Below, one piece after another: positions 16,896 to 26,212 of a stretch of 54,956 nucleotides of DNA (the stretch's first letter is position 1; every line of letters starts with the position of its first letter). The notes under the pieces were generated by a model. It did no database searches. It saw nothing but the letters and a program-made list of their open reading frames with translations, and was not told where the DNA came from. The translations under genes were made by a program, and so were the position numbers. Source of the stretch: a virus. Taxonomy: Duplodnaviria > Caudoviricetes. The DNA is taken from the IMG/VR virus record IMGVR_UViG_3300006805_000037, positions 1 to 54,956 of that record. The stretch is one strand, 5' to 3'.

Positions 16896-19800
16896 TACAA
16901 ACACACCCCCGTGAAGAAGTTAGCCGCCGTGTTGGTCGTTGAAGTGAAGCCGTTGTTCGTCTGACTCCATACCTCATAATAATCAGTGCCGTTGGCCTTA
17001 TCCACGACAGAAATGGATTGCCCGTGCTCATACGAAGCTGATGCTGCCGCTGCATTCATAGAGATGGCTAGCGGACTGCCGTTTTTATAGATTAAGATGC
17101 GAATGTACTGCAAGCCAGACGCAGCGGTTTTGCTGAACGCGGCTGATATTGACACAATACCAGCGGGGGGAGTCCATCTGGAATTTGATGCATCATAGTG
17201 CCCGCCGTCGTCGAACAGTTCTCCCGCGTAATTCATTTTTGCGAGCACGTTTCCAGTCCCAACCGTTTGCTGGACGCCGTTATTATGCGCACTGAAAGCG
17301 GCCTTCACGCCGCCTGCTGGCAAATCCTTCCATGACGTATCGAAGTCCAAACCCGAGTCCTTGGTGAGCACCTGATTGGTCGTGCCTCCAGTGGGAACTC
17401 CCTGACCATCAGCGCCATCCGCACCGTCAGCACCCGGAGCGCCGGTATCACCTTTTGCGCCGTTCAGCATGCCGCCGCAGAAGTAGGTGCGCTGGTCGTT
17501 GTCAAACGCAGTGATTGCGCTGATGCCTGATGGTATCTGAACGAACAACTCATAGTAGTCCGTTCCGTTCGCTATGTCCGTGATAGCCACAGGCGCGGGG
17601 CTGCCGCTAGCGCTAGCCAGTACCGCAGTCGAAGACGCGAAAATCGAACCGTTCTTGTACAGGTTGAGCGCGACAGTTCCGCTTCCAGTAACCGATGCAA
17701 AATTTGCAAAACCAGCGATAAACACCTGACCGGCTGGCGGCGTCCACCTGTAGGCGGACGTATCGTAGTGGTTTCCGTTGTCATAAGCTTCAACGCTGAA
17801 CGCAAGCTGGACGGCCGCAGCGCCGCTGCCTAGCGCTTGATTTGACGCCAAGGTTGCGCGGAAGCCTATTTCCGCGCCGACAGTCGCTTCGCCCGGTGGA
17901 CCTACAAGATTGGCAACAGAAGCGCCCCAAGCGCCGCCGACCTTTGGGCCGTACAAGTCACCATTCGCCACATCGACGTACACGTCGCCGTCATTGCCTA
18001 AGGCGTCAGAAGGCGCTCCGCTGCCAACATGGATGCTGGTGCCATCAGCGCCATTTGAACCGTCAGCACCATCAGCACCGGCCGGACCTTCGTCCCCCGC
18101 CGGGCCTCGAATGTTGCCAGTCGCGGACCCCCAAGCGCCAGCAGTTTTCGGACCGAACACAGCGCCATTTGTGATGTTTACCCAAAAGTCACCGTCAACG
18201 CCGTCACCGCTAGTTGGGTTGCCTGCGCCACCCAAGAACGACACACCCTGCAAGCCGCTGCTGCCTGCTGGCCCTTTCAGATTTCCTATTGGCACTGACG
18301 TCGACCACGCGCCAGCCGCTTTAGGTCCGTATACGTTGCCAGTGGTCGAATTTACCCAGAAATCACCGTCAACACCATCGCCACTGGAAGGATTGCCAGC
18401 GCCGGAAAGAAAGCTTGCGCCATTAGCACCGTCAGCACCGTCTACCCCGTTAGAGCCATCCGCTCCCGGTGCGCCGGGCGCGCCGTCAGCGCCATCAGTG
18501 CCGTCAGCACCGGCCGGGCCTTTTATGTTTCCAGAAACGCTGCCCCAAGAACCGGCGGCCTTCGGGCCGTACAGGTCGCCATTCGTAAGATTGACGTACA
18601 CGTCGCCGTCATTGCCTAAGGCGTCAGAAGGTACACCGTCTCCGGCACGAATGCTGGTACCGTCAGCACCATCCGCACCAGCAGCGCCGTCAGCCCCAGC
18701 AGCACCATCAGCGCCCTGCGGTCCGGGTTCGCCTTGGATACCCTGCGGACCGGGTTCGCCCTGAACGCCTTGTGGTCCGGGTTCCCCCTGAATGCCCTGT
18801 GGACCGGGTTCCCCCTGAATGCCCTGTGGACCGGGTTCGCCCTGAGCGCCCTGTGGGCCATCAGCACCATCCGCGCCGTCAGCGCCTTGCGCGCCAGCCG
18901 GGCCAGTCAGATTGGCAACAGCAACGCCCCAAGCGCCGCCGACCTTTGGGCCGTACAAGTCGCCGTTGCTGAGGTTGAAGTACAGGTCGCCATTGTTGCC
19001 CAAGCCGCTTGCGGGAGCGCCAGCACCGACCCGAACCATGGCACCGGCAACTCCCGGCAAGCCGTTACTTCCGGGTTCGCCGTCAGCACCGGCAGGTCCA
19101 CGAATATCAACCGCGTCGGCAATGACGGCAGTAAAGCCGGTAATCGCCACATACTGACCAATATTGCCGGGCTTCGCGCCAGCGCCGCCGATCCAGTCGT
19201 CGAGCGTGAGAACGCGGCGCGCGCCGTCATTCGTGATGCTGAATACAGGCGACCATCCAGCAGTGCCCTGCAAGCCTTGCTCGCCGTCAACGCCTTGCTC
19301 GCCGTCAGCACCTTGCGGACCGGCCGGGCCTTTGATGTTAGCGACCAAGGTCCAGCCAGAGTCCCCGCCTGACCATGTTACAACTTTTGTAGCGCCCTCC
19401 GTCCACAGGTCGGTGATTTCGCCTGTGAACATCGTGACGATGCCGTAAGCAAACTCCCAAGTGCCGGAAACAGGAACACCATCGACAACGGGGGTGTATG
19501 GGTTTATATCCGCCGTTATGTCGCCGTCGAAATAGATGACAAGCGTGTTCACGCCCAAAGTTTGCGTCGTGAACATGCCCAGCAGGTCGGCAGCCATCGG
19601 CTCGCGCGTTATCGAGCCGAAATCGAAACCAGTAACGGCGGCCGTGCCGTACCCTATAATTGTGCCAAACCCGCCAGCGTTCCCGCATGTGATGTCAAAA
19701 GAAAGCGGACCACCTGAAGCTAGTTTCTTCCAAATATCGCCGCTCAGTTCGTCGAGGTAAAGCTGATTGACAGCGCCAAGCCCGGAGTCCGGCGGGCCCT

Positions 19801-20167
19801 CCCCGGTGAGAATATCAGCACCCTCACCGATGATAACAGCGCCGGGGTCGCCGGGTACGCCCTGCGTACCTTGCGCGCCTTGCGTGCCCCTGATGTTGAC
19901 AGCGTCCTCAATGTTATCGACCAGCCCGCCGCCGCCTACATACTTCCCAACCGCTGGCGGCGTGCCGGTGCCGCCCTGCCAGTTGACGACGCGCTGAACC
20001 CTGCGCTCGCCGTCAGCAACGATGGCGAACACGGGCGACCAGCCGTCATTGCCCTGTTCGCCGGGGTCGCCGGGAATTCCTTGCGGGTCGACTACAATCG
20101 GAACAGCGGCCGGAACTTCAACTTCAACGACGACCGCGTTATCGTAGTTTACGTCAATGTCTGTCAT
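16895..20167 (-). CDS. Collagen-like fibre protein with repeated globular modules and two C1q-like domains
   Basis: Extensive Gly-X-Y repeats; about six G.G.P...G.DGD.YV....G..YGPK..G.W modules; two C-terminal YD....RWTPPAG...YKNGS...ANGTDYYE domains. Confidence 0.88.
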   Translation of the reverse strand: MTDIDVNYDNAVVVEVEVPAAVPIVVDPQGIPGDPGEQGNDGWSPVFAIVADGERRVQRVVNWQGGTGTPPAVGKYVGGGGLVDNIEDAVNIRGTQGAQGTQGVPGDPGAVIIGEGADILTGEGPPDSGLGAVNQLYLDELSGDIWKKLASGGPLSFDITCGNAGGFGTIIGYGTAAVTGFDFGSITREPMAADLLGMFTTQTLGVNTLVIYFDGDITADINPYTPVVDGVPVSGTWEFAYGIVTMFTGEITDLWTEGATKVVTWSGGDSGWTLVANIKGPAGPQGADGEQGVDGEQGLQGTAGWSPVFSITNDGARRVLTLDDWIGGAGAKPGNIGQYVAITGFTAVIADAVDIRGPAGADGEPGSNGLPGVAGAMVRVGAGAPASGLGNNGDLYFNLSNGDLYGPKVGGAWGVAVANLTGPAGAQGADGADGADGPQGAQGEPGPQGIQGEPGPQGIQGEPGPQGVQGEPGPQGIQGEPGPQGADGAAGADGAAGADGADGTSIRAGDGVPSDALGNDGDVYVNLTNGDLYGPKAAGSWGSVSGNIKGPAGADGTDGADGAPGAPGADGSNGVDGADGANGASFLSGAGNPSSGDGVDGDFWVNSTTGNVYGPKAAGAWSTSVPIGNLKGPAGSSGLQGVSFLGGAGNPTSGDGVDGDFWVNITNGAVFGPKTAGAWGSATGNIRGPAGDEGPAGADGADGSNGADGTSIHVGSGAPSDALGNDGDVYVDVANGDLYGPKVGGAWGASVANLVGPPGEATVGAEIGFRATLASNQALGSGAAAVQLAFSVEAYDNGNHYDTSAYRWTPPAGQVFIAGFANFASVTGSGTVALNLYKNGSIFASSTAVLASASGSPAPVAITDIANGTDYYELFVQIPSGISAITAFDNDQRTYFCGGMLNGAKGDTGAPGADGADGADGQGVPTGGTTNQVLTKDSGLDFDTSWKDLPAGGVKAAFSAHNNGVQQTVGTGNVLAKMNYAGELFDDGGHYDASNSRWTPPAGIVSISAAFSKTAASGLQYIRILIYKNGSPLAISMNAAAASASYEHGQSISVVDKANGTDYYEVWSQTNNGFTSTTNTAANFFTGVCL
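18716..18856. repeat. 27-bp coding tandem repeat (QGxQGEPGP)n
   Basis: About five units such as CCCTGTGGACCGGGTTCCCCCTGAATG. Confidence 0.85.
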
Positions 20168-20544
20168 GACGCGTCGTCCTCATCGTCATTGATACCGCCA
20201 ACCGCAAGAACAGTGCCCATCAAATACACTTCCTGCGAACCAGAGTCCCAATACTCAAGTTCATAGATGTTCTGCGGCGTGACGCCATCCTTGCTTTTGA
20301 CCAGCGCTCTGGTCTGCTCGGGGGTTGGCTGAAACTTCATGAGGCCGGTCGCCGGGTTCACGACCGTGATGCCGCCGCTATCCGAGTACGTGGCGCGGAA
20401 CACCAGAGTTTTGCCGTCCTTCTTGAAAACGCTCAACCTGACATCGTCGAAAGGCACCGGCACGCCGCTGCGCCTGATGGCGAACACAAGCGGGGTCGTG
20501 GTACCCCTGACCCACTCCAAAGGATATTCAGTCGGCTTGGTCAT
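20164..20544 (-). CDS. Fibre attachment/adaptor (BppU N-terminal-like) protein
   Basis: RGTT..LVF...TPEQTRAL...YELE...YLMGTV Ig-like pattern; ATGA-coupled to the fibre gene. Confidence 0.6.
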   Translation of the reverse strand: MTKPTEYPLEWVRGTTTPLVFAIRRSGVPVPFDDVRLSVFKKDGKTLVFRATYSDSGGITVVNPATGLMKFQPTPEQTRALVKSKDGVTPQNIYELEYWDSGSQEVYLMGTVLAVGGINDDEDDAS

Positions 20545-20553
20545 AACGGCCCC

Positions 20554-20886
20554 TCAGCTATATTCAATGACGTTCAGGTCGTAAAAGATGATCGTTCCGT
20601 TCGGGCGTGGGCCAAGCACCGGAGTGAGGATACGGTACTTCACCCCGCCGTACTCAACGTCATCTTTCTGATATTCTGGCGGAATGGAAATCCCTTCGGT
20701 CGACACGTACAGGCGGCACGCGCCGTCCAAGTACAGCCCGCGTTCTGACGGCTTGTACTCAAGCCGCGCCATCCAAGCGTTGCGCGACGTGCCTTCGCGC
20801 ACAAGCTTGCCGGGCAGAGGACCGCCCCACCGCTTTATGATGCGGGTTGCCGACCTTTGCGAGCGCGCAAATGGAAACGTTGCCAT
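20554..20886 (-). CDS. Head closure/head-tail joining protein
   Basis: ATRIIKRWG...PNGTIIFYDL; follows the adaptor gene. Confidence 0.7.
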   Translation of the reverse strand: MATFPFARSQRSATRIIKRWGGPLPGKLVREGTSRNAWMARLEYKPSERGLYLDGACRLYVSTEGISIPPEYQKDDVEYGGVKYRILTPVLGPRPNGTIIFYDLNVIEYS

Positions 20887-20887
20887 G

Positions 20888-21271
20888 TCAGATGCTCACC
20901 ACGCCGGGCTTGTTCATCCTCAGCAGTTTCAGGAAGCGGCGGCCGTAGCTGGTCGTCGAGTATTCGGAATTGAAGGCCGACGAGTTTCCGGCATTGGCGC
21001 GAACGTAGCTCACGCTCATGCCGCCGAACGACTCTGAGGCAATGATACCTTCGCCGCCTGAGCCTACGTCATCGCCTTCTTGGCTGGAGTCCGACGCGAG
21101 CAAATGCGCCGTCAGATACAAGATGGCGGGCTGGTAGTCAGCTTCCTGCCATGACTGGTCAACCATGCCGCTGGCTTCGGCCAGCAGCAGCGTGACTAGC
21201 TCGGGGTCGGCGTCCCCGAATATCGGGAACCGGGTAGCGAAGTCTTCGGCCGTAGGCAGGGTGAATGGCAT
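20888..21271 (-). CDS. Head-tail adaptor (DUF4054-like)
   Basis: F..RFP.F, YLTAHLL, SESFGGMSVSY and T.YGRRF motifs. Confidence 0.85.
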   Translation of the reverse strand: MPFTLPTAEDFATRFPIFGDADPELVTLLLAEASGMVDQSWQEADYQPAILYLTAHLLASDSSQEGDDVGSGGEGIIASESFGGMSVSYVRANAGNSSAFNSEYSTTSYGRRFLKLLRMNKPGVVSI

Positions 21272-21301
21272 ACCGGGGGTTCCTCAGCCTGAAAGGGGTC
21301 G

Positions 21302-21316
21302 TTAACCACGAATTAG
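21302..21316. promoter_or_regulatory. Near-consensus CtrA box TTAA-N7-TTAG
   Basis: TTAA CCACGAA TTAG in the intergenic gap upstream of the adaptor gene. Confidence 0.4.
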
Positions 21317-21327
21317 AAGGCCGCTGT

Positions 21328-21400
21328 CGGCCCAGAAACCGGGTCTGTGTGCGTTTTTCGAGGACCCCGGCTACCCTCGTAGCGGCCGGGGGCCTCAAGC
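21328..21400. repeat. Dispersed intergenic element, copy B
   Basis: 29-nt CGGCCCAGAAACCGGGTCTGTGTGCGTTT (21328-21356) is identical to 36630-36658. Confidence 0.85.
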
Positions 21401-21429
21401 CCCTCTATGGGGCGGTTGTACTTCCGGCT

Positions 21430-22263
21430 TTATTCGCCTTTCACGGGACGCCTGACGCGCTCGGCCGAAGCCGGGCTTGCCGGGGTTTCAGCCGTCACTG
21501 GCCGAATGCGGCGGCCCCCATGGGCTTCAGCTTCGCCATGACTTTCGCTTCCGCCCAGCGCTTCACCATGAGCGCCGTCAACGTGCTGGGGAATGTCAGC
21601 GCCGTTTGGCTGGTCGTTACCATCAGGCTCCGCTTCAGAATGGCGCTGGTCAGCGGAGTCCGCGTCCTCGCTCTCGATACCGCTTCCGTCAGCGTCATCT
21701 TGGGTTTTGGCAGTGCTTCCATTGGCGTCATCCTCTTCTGGGTCGCCGGTTACAATGTCACTTTGAACCAAGCCCAGACCATCAGCGGCCTGAGCAAGTG
21801 GTTTGACTTCGCGGCCAAGGCCAAGAAGTTGGTCGGCAGTTTCGTGCGCGCCTTTCTGAATGTAGTACGCGGCGTCCTTCGCGCGGCGCGCAAGCGCCAC
21901 GCGCATTTCGTTCTTGTTCGGGCGCGGCGTGTCAAACGCGCTTTCTCCCAGAACAGAAACGCATACGGCGAGTGCTTCGTCGTAGCTGAGGTTGTTAAAG
22001 TTCTTCAAAGCTTCAAGAACGCGCCGCATGAGTGGCGAGGTTGAGCGGTCAGCAATGTCGACCGGAAGAATGACAAGCGCCGGGTCCCGGCCCTTGATGC
22101 GCTCAATGCTGCGCGCACTCAACTCGATGCGTTCGGCAGCACCAACCTGAATGTTGCGCGGCTTGCCCTTGGCATTGTGCACGACGCGTTCGCCGTCGCC
22201 AAAGTTCAAAAGCAGCACAGTCTCCGATACAAGTTCGGTCTTGGGGGCTTCTGCGGTTTTCAT
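21430..22263 (-). CDS. Hypothetical protein after the major capsid gene, with acidic disordered C-terminus
   Basis: Located between the MCP and adaptor genes. Confidence 0.7.
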   Translation of the reverse strand: MKTAEAPKTELVSETVLLLNFGDGERVVHNAKGKPRNIQVGAAERIELSARSIERIKGRDPALVILPVDIADRSTSPLMRRVLEALKNFNNLSYDEALAVCVSVLGESAFDTPRPNKNEMRVALARRAKDAAYYIQKGAHETADQLLGLGREVKPLAQAADGLGLVQSDIVTGDPEEDDANGSTAKTQDDADGSGIESEDADSADQRHSEAEPDGNDQPNGADIPQHVDGAHGEALGGSESHGEAEAHGGRRIRPVTAETPASPASAERVRRPVKGE

Positions 22264-22303
22264 ATTTGTGGTCCCTGAGTGTGATGCGGTTCAGCTTTTA
22301 GGC

Positions 22304-22339
22304 AAAAGACCCGGATGACTGTTACGCCATCCGGGTTTC
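22304..22339 (-). terminator. Intrinsic terminator after the major capsid gene
   Basis: ACCCGGATG/CATCCGGGT stem followed by CTTTT on the minus strand. Confidence 0.7.
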
Positions 22340-22365
22340 TATCATGCGTTCAACCCGGCGCTGTG

Positions 22366-23334
22366 TTAGCTCGGATTGTCTCCGGTGATGCCGTCGACGT
22401 AGCGCACCGCACCGGGGCGGCGAACTTCGACACCGGCAACGCGGAAGATGCCGGGAATGTCGAAAATCATCGGGCCGGTCTGCCACACGGGCAGGAAGCG
22501 ATGCGGCATCGGAATGTGCATCTTGATAACCGCCGGGTCGCGGCGGTACACCACCATGCGGCCGACGCCGCCAACGCCTGCCGTTTCCAGACCGCGAACG
22601 CCGCGCAAGGTGAGCGGGCGGCCGGTCGTGAACGTGTAGACGTTGTTCTTCAGCAGAAACTCAATGATGGTCATTGAGGTATCGGGGATGCGCTTGGACG
22701 CCAGCAGATTGAGCGCACTGATTGGCATCAAAATGGTATCCGCCATTTCAACGGTCAGGGACGCGGTGTAAACGCCGGTCAGGGCGTCGTTCACGTCCTT
22801 GAGGATTTCGTCCGCATCCTTGTCGTCCCAGTCGGTGTTGCCGCCGGTAACTTCGGCGGCGTTCACGACCGTTACGCCGGGGTAGTTGATGATGCCATTG
22901 AGGTTCTTCGTGGCATCCCCCCGGAAGGCGAGGCTGTCAACGAATTCCTCGTACGCGCGCCGGGCCGCCGACGCGCGGTCGGTGGTCAGGTTGGTGCCGG
23001 GGATCATCGACGCAACACCGAGTTCTTCCAGCGTGTAGCGGTAGCCGATGTCAGCCATTTCGATGGCAACTTCGTGGCGGGCGCGCTCAACGTCCGCAAC
23101 GTGCAGGTCCTTGCCGTAGTGGTTGAACCATCCGGCTTTGCCGGTCTTATCGGACGAGTAGTAGGTAACCGACTTGGCCCACTCGTTTGCCGAAGTATCG
23201 ACCGGGATGAGGTTCGGGTACTGAATATCCGGGTATTGGATTTCGTACACCTGAGCCTCGATGTAGGCGGTTTGCGATACCAGAAAGCCAAGGGCCTGCT
23301 GGGCATCGACCATGTGGTGGCGACGTGGTGACAT
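22366..23334 (-). CDS. Major capsid protein (DUF2184/HK97-fold)
   Basis: DAQQALGFL...YTLEEL...AFRGD...GIINYP...GVEVRRPGAVRYVDGI. Confidence 0.92.
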   Translation of the reverse strand: MSPRRHHMVDAQQALGFLVSQTAYIEAQVYEIQYPDIQYPNLIPVDTSANEWAKSVTYYSSDKTGKAGWFNHYGKDLHVADVERARHEVAIEMADIGYRYTLEELGVASMIPGTNLTTDRASAARRAYEEFVDSLAFRGDATKNLNGIINYPGVTVVNAAEVTGGNTDWDDKDADEILKDVNDALTGVYTASLTVEMADTILMPISALNLLASKRIPDTSMTIIEFLLKNNVYTFTTGRPLTLRGVRGLETAGVGGVGRMVVYRRDPAVIKMHIPMPHRFLPVWQTGPMIFDIPGIFRVAGVEVRRPGAVRYVDGITGDNPS

Positions 23335-23413
23335 TGAAGGGCTTCCTTTCCTAGAAGCTGAAGCGATGGTTGGTAGAAAGGTGAGGCGGCGGACTTACGC
23401 AGCCTCAGCCCGG

Positions 23414-23905
23414 TTAAACGTCGGCCGCGTTGGCGAGGCCCGGAACGTAGACTTCGGCCCGCCCGTCAGCGTCCGCCGAAGAAATCCAGCGTGCGCCTTT
23501 GATGGGGCCAAGCTTGCCGCTTGCGTTGGTGTTGCCGAAACGGCCGGTTGCGCCGTCGAAGAACACCGGGTCGTCAGCGACCACTGCCTGAACAGGCGAT
23601 ACCCAGACCGTGCCACGGCGAACAATCGCCATGTTCGCGTACTGAGCATACTTGTCGGGGTCGGCCTGCGTATTCAGCGCAGCGATGTCGCGAACGCTGA
23701 TGCCCTTGAACTTGTCAAGGGTGCCGCCGAGAACGGTGGCCTTGTCGCCGAAGGTGGCAACGGTGCCGACCGAAACGGCAAGGCCAAAGCCGATGCCCGC
23801 TTCAGTTTCGACGTTGCCCGTGGTGGTATCGTAGTCCGACGAAGAAATCACGCCCGGCGGCGGCGCTTGGATGTTCTCGGAATAAGTGCTCTGAACGGGT
23901 GACAT
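23414..23905 (-). CDS. Head decoration/cement protein
   Basis: VQSTYSE...IGFGLAV...RRGTVWV; lies between scaffold and MCP. Confidence 0.75.
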   Translation of the reverse strand: MSPVQSTYSENIQAPPPGVISSSDYDTTTGNVETEAGIGFGLAVSVGTVATFGDKATVLGGTLDKFKGISVRDIAALNTQADPDKYAQYANMAIVRRGTVWVSPVQAVVADDPVFFDGATGRFGNTNASGKLGPIKGARWISSADADGRAEVYVPGLANAADV

Positions 23906-23998
23906 ATTGCATTCTCCGCAAGTTTGTCAGTTGAGGCAATTCACGGCGCTTTAAGGGCCTGCCGATTGCCGGGAACGTATACGCGTCTTGTAGTCCAA

Positions 23999-24022
23999 GC
24001 CTGAGGGCCGTAGCCCTCAGGC
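23999..24022 (-). other. 10-bp stem hairpin with cUACGg tetraloop
   Basis: Minus strand GCCTGAGGGC TACG GCCCTCAGGC, just after the protease/scaffold stop; no U-tract. Confidence 0.6.
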
Positions 24023-24039
24023 AAATGCAATCGCCGGCT

Positions 24040-25473
24040 TCAGTGGGTCGCCACGGCTCCCGCAGTCTTCCACGCCTCAGTCAGCGCGCTATCGCGCTTT
24101 TCGAGAGCGGCGTCACGCTTGTCGACAATCGAGTCGCCCTGCACAAAGCCCGGCGCTGCGAACGAGCGGCGTGCGTCAAGCACGGCGCTGGAGTCGGTTG
24201 CCTTGACATCGGCCGTCAGGGTGGCGAACGAGATGCTGACCTGTTCGTCAGTCCAGCCCTTCGCGGCCTCGCCCAGCTTCTTGTCGACGACCTGCCGCTT
24301 GATTTCGGCATCGGTCTTGCCGTCCACGACCAGCGCGTCCCCGAGAATGGCGCGCGCCTTGCCGGAAACCACAGCCCGGTCAGCGACCAGCGCGTCGAGT
24401 TTGGCCGGGGTCAGCTTGGCGTCTTCAACCGCCTTCTTCAGCGTTGCCACTTCAGCGGTGAGGCCGTCGCGTGCGGTGGTCAGTGTGGTGATGGTCGCCG
24501 CGTCTTCGGCTTCCTTCTTCGCGTGGTCGGCCTTCAGTGTGTCCGCAAGGGCCTTCGCGTCCTTCAACGCTTGGGCCGCCGCGTCGAGCGCGCGCTGAAC
24601 GATCTGAGCGTTCTGGTCGGTCGTGAATTCGACGCTGACGCCATCCACAATAATGGTCTTCGGCATTGGTGTAGTCCTTTCTTCGGTTTTGAAATCAGAA
24701 ACTAACTTCAGAAGAGAGTCTATAGCGTACGCGACCGCTTCGTCTCCGCTGTCAAAGGCTTCCTTGCCAGATTGCTCAAGCAAGGAAACGTAGACCTTTT
24801 CGCCATCGCCAATCGGATAACCGGGGGCGATATACGAATTCTCTTTTTCCGGCTTGCCGGTCTTTTCGAACTTGCCGTCCGAAATCAGTTTGACTGCTGC
24901 GGCAAAACTATTGCCGTCCAGCATCGTGAGCGGTGCCTTGTCGCCAACAGCAAGCCGGTAGCCGCCGCGTGCGAACTTCACGAGGGCGATGTGATTGCCT
25001 CTAATTTGGGTTTGAATGGCGTCGTACTGCTCGCCTGACGGAGTCTTGCCGTCCTGAAAAACGATGTCACAAGAATAGCCGACGCTCAGTTGCTTCTTGC
25101 CCGCCTGAATGTCCTTGATGGCGTTGGCGTCCATGAATGACATGGGAACGCGCAGGCAATCGCCGTCACGCGCAACCTCGTCGCCTGACTGGCCGATTGC
25201 ATAGTCCTTCCAGTTATCGGCAGTGACCGGCACAGGCGGATGGTCGTTTGTGAGCGGACGGTGCGCGAGTGACGCCATGGCGTCCTTGTTGAAGACTTCG
25301 TCTTCCGGCCGGTACACCCTGACAATCGCTTTATCCTTCATGCCCACTTCGCTGCCCCGGTAAAGTTGGATACCAGTGCGGGCAACACGCGGGTTTGCAA
25401 CAAGGTATCCATCTTTCGTAATGCGGATACCGGCGTCGTCGAAGGAAATGCGGTCAACGAGTTCCAGCTTCAT
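24040..25473 (-). CDS. Prohead protease/scaffold (DUF2213)
   Basis: DGYL...ARTGIQLY...VYRPEDEVF...LTNDHP...LSVGY...NHIALV..ARGG, then a coiled-coil scaffold region. Confidence 0.9.
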   Translation of the reverse strand: MKLELVDRISFDDAGIRITKDGYLVANPRVARTGIQLYRGSEVGMKDKAIVRVYRPEDEVFNKDAMASLAHRPLTNDHPPVPVTADNWKDYAIGQSGDEVARDGDCLRVPMSFMDANAIKDIQAGKKQLSVGYSCDIVFQDGKTPSGEQYDAIQTQIRGNHIALVKFARGGYRLAVGDKAPLTMLDGNSFAAAVKLISDGKFEKTGKPEKENSYIAPGYPIGDGEKVYVSLLEQSGKEAFDSGDEAVAYAIDSLLKLVSDFKTEERTTPMPKTIIVDGVSVEFTTDQNAQIVQRALDAAAQALKDAKALADTLKADHAKKEAEDAATITTLTTARDGLTAEVATLKKAVEDAKLTPAKLDALVADRAVVSGKARAILGDALVVDGKTDAEIKRQVVDKKLGEAAKGWTDEQVSISFATLTADVKATDSSAVLDARRSFAAPGFVQGDSIVDKRDAALEKRDSALTEAWKTAGAVATH

Positions 25474-25477
25474 GTGC

Positions 25478-26212
25478 CTATCTCCAATACCGGCGTATCC
25501 ACGGCGACTCCATCAGGGACTCGCGGTGCCACGGCTTGCGTGAGCCATGGAAGAAAATGATGCGGCTGTTCTTGTCCAGAACGGCAAGCTTCCGAATGTG
25601 GCGCGGGTAGCTCACCACGGCAGGATAGCCGAAGCCGTCGCAGTTCTCGCGATGGACCAAGTTCATGCTCAGCCAAGACTGGTCCGAGCCAAGCCAGCCT
25701 GCCCTGAAAGCCTGACGCGGGGAAACTTCCGCGTTGAAGTCCGTCCATATCTCGGAAAGGTCCCCGGCCGTGAACATCTGAAGAGAGCCGTTGAACACCT
25801 TCGGGTGATGCTGACCGGGCAGCGCCCAGCCCATGAAGCGGTAGCTCTTCGCTGCCTCGATAAGCGGGCGAAGCTGGCCGGTTATGAGCGCATCCAGATC
25901 GATGCTCATAATTCGCTCGCCCGCCTTCATGCCCATGGCAGTTTGCGTCGGCGGGTCGTACAGCTTCAGCCGCCGATAGCATGACGGAAGATGATGCTTT
26001 GTTGCGTTGGCAAGGTCGTCGTGATCGGACCAAAGCGGGAAGGTTTCGCATTCCACGCCGCGCGGTTCGTCCGTCACACAGACGATGCGATACCTCAAGC
26101 CCGCAAGATTGCGGTGTAGCATCGCAGTCATGACGTTGACGTGTTCCGCTCTGTAGACTTCGCGGGCGTTGGGCTGAACCCATTTCCAGAGTACCACATG
26201 GAGAAGCGTCAT
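25478..26212 (-). CDS. GT-A fold glycosyltransferase (GT8-like)
   Basis: VCVTD, IDLD (DxD), FNGS, SDQ and FFHGSRKPW motifs; ATGA coupling. Confidence 0.8.
   Translation of the reverse strand: MTLLHVVLWKWVQPNAREVYRAEHVNVMTAMLHRNLAGLRYRIVCVTDEPRGVECETFPLWSDHDDLANATKHHLPSCYRRLKLYDPPTQTAMGMKAGERIMSIDLDALITGQLRPLIEAAKSYRFMGWALPGQHHPKVFNGSLQMFTAGDLSEIWTDFNAEVSPRQAFRAGWLGSDQSWLSMNLVHRENCDGFGYPAVVSYPRHIRKLAVLDKNSRIIFFHGSRKPWHRESLMESPWIRRYWR

Noticed and set aside
17900-18970. Duplicated fibre segments as a DGR template/variable repeat pair
   Set aside because: No reverse transcriptase in the window, both copies are coding, and no adenine-specific mismatch pattern is evident.
17910-19372. Long plus-strand ORFs (17910-18764, 18734-19372)
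   Set aside because: Antisense shadows of the GC-rich collagen gene with no independent motifs.
21265-22044. 259-aa plus-strand ORF, and similar ORFs at 24025-24705 and 30849-31676
   Set aside because: Antisense to well-supported structural genes. The first also runs through a non-coding repeat element.
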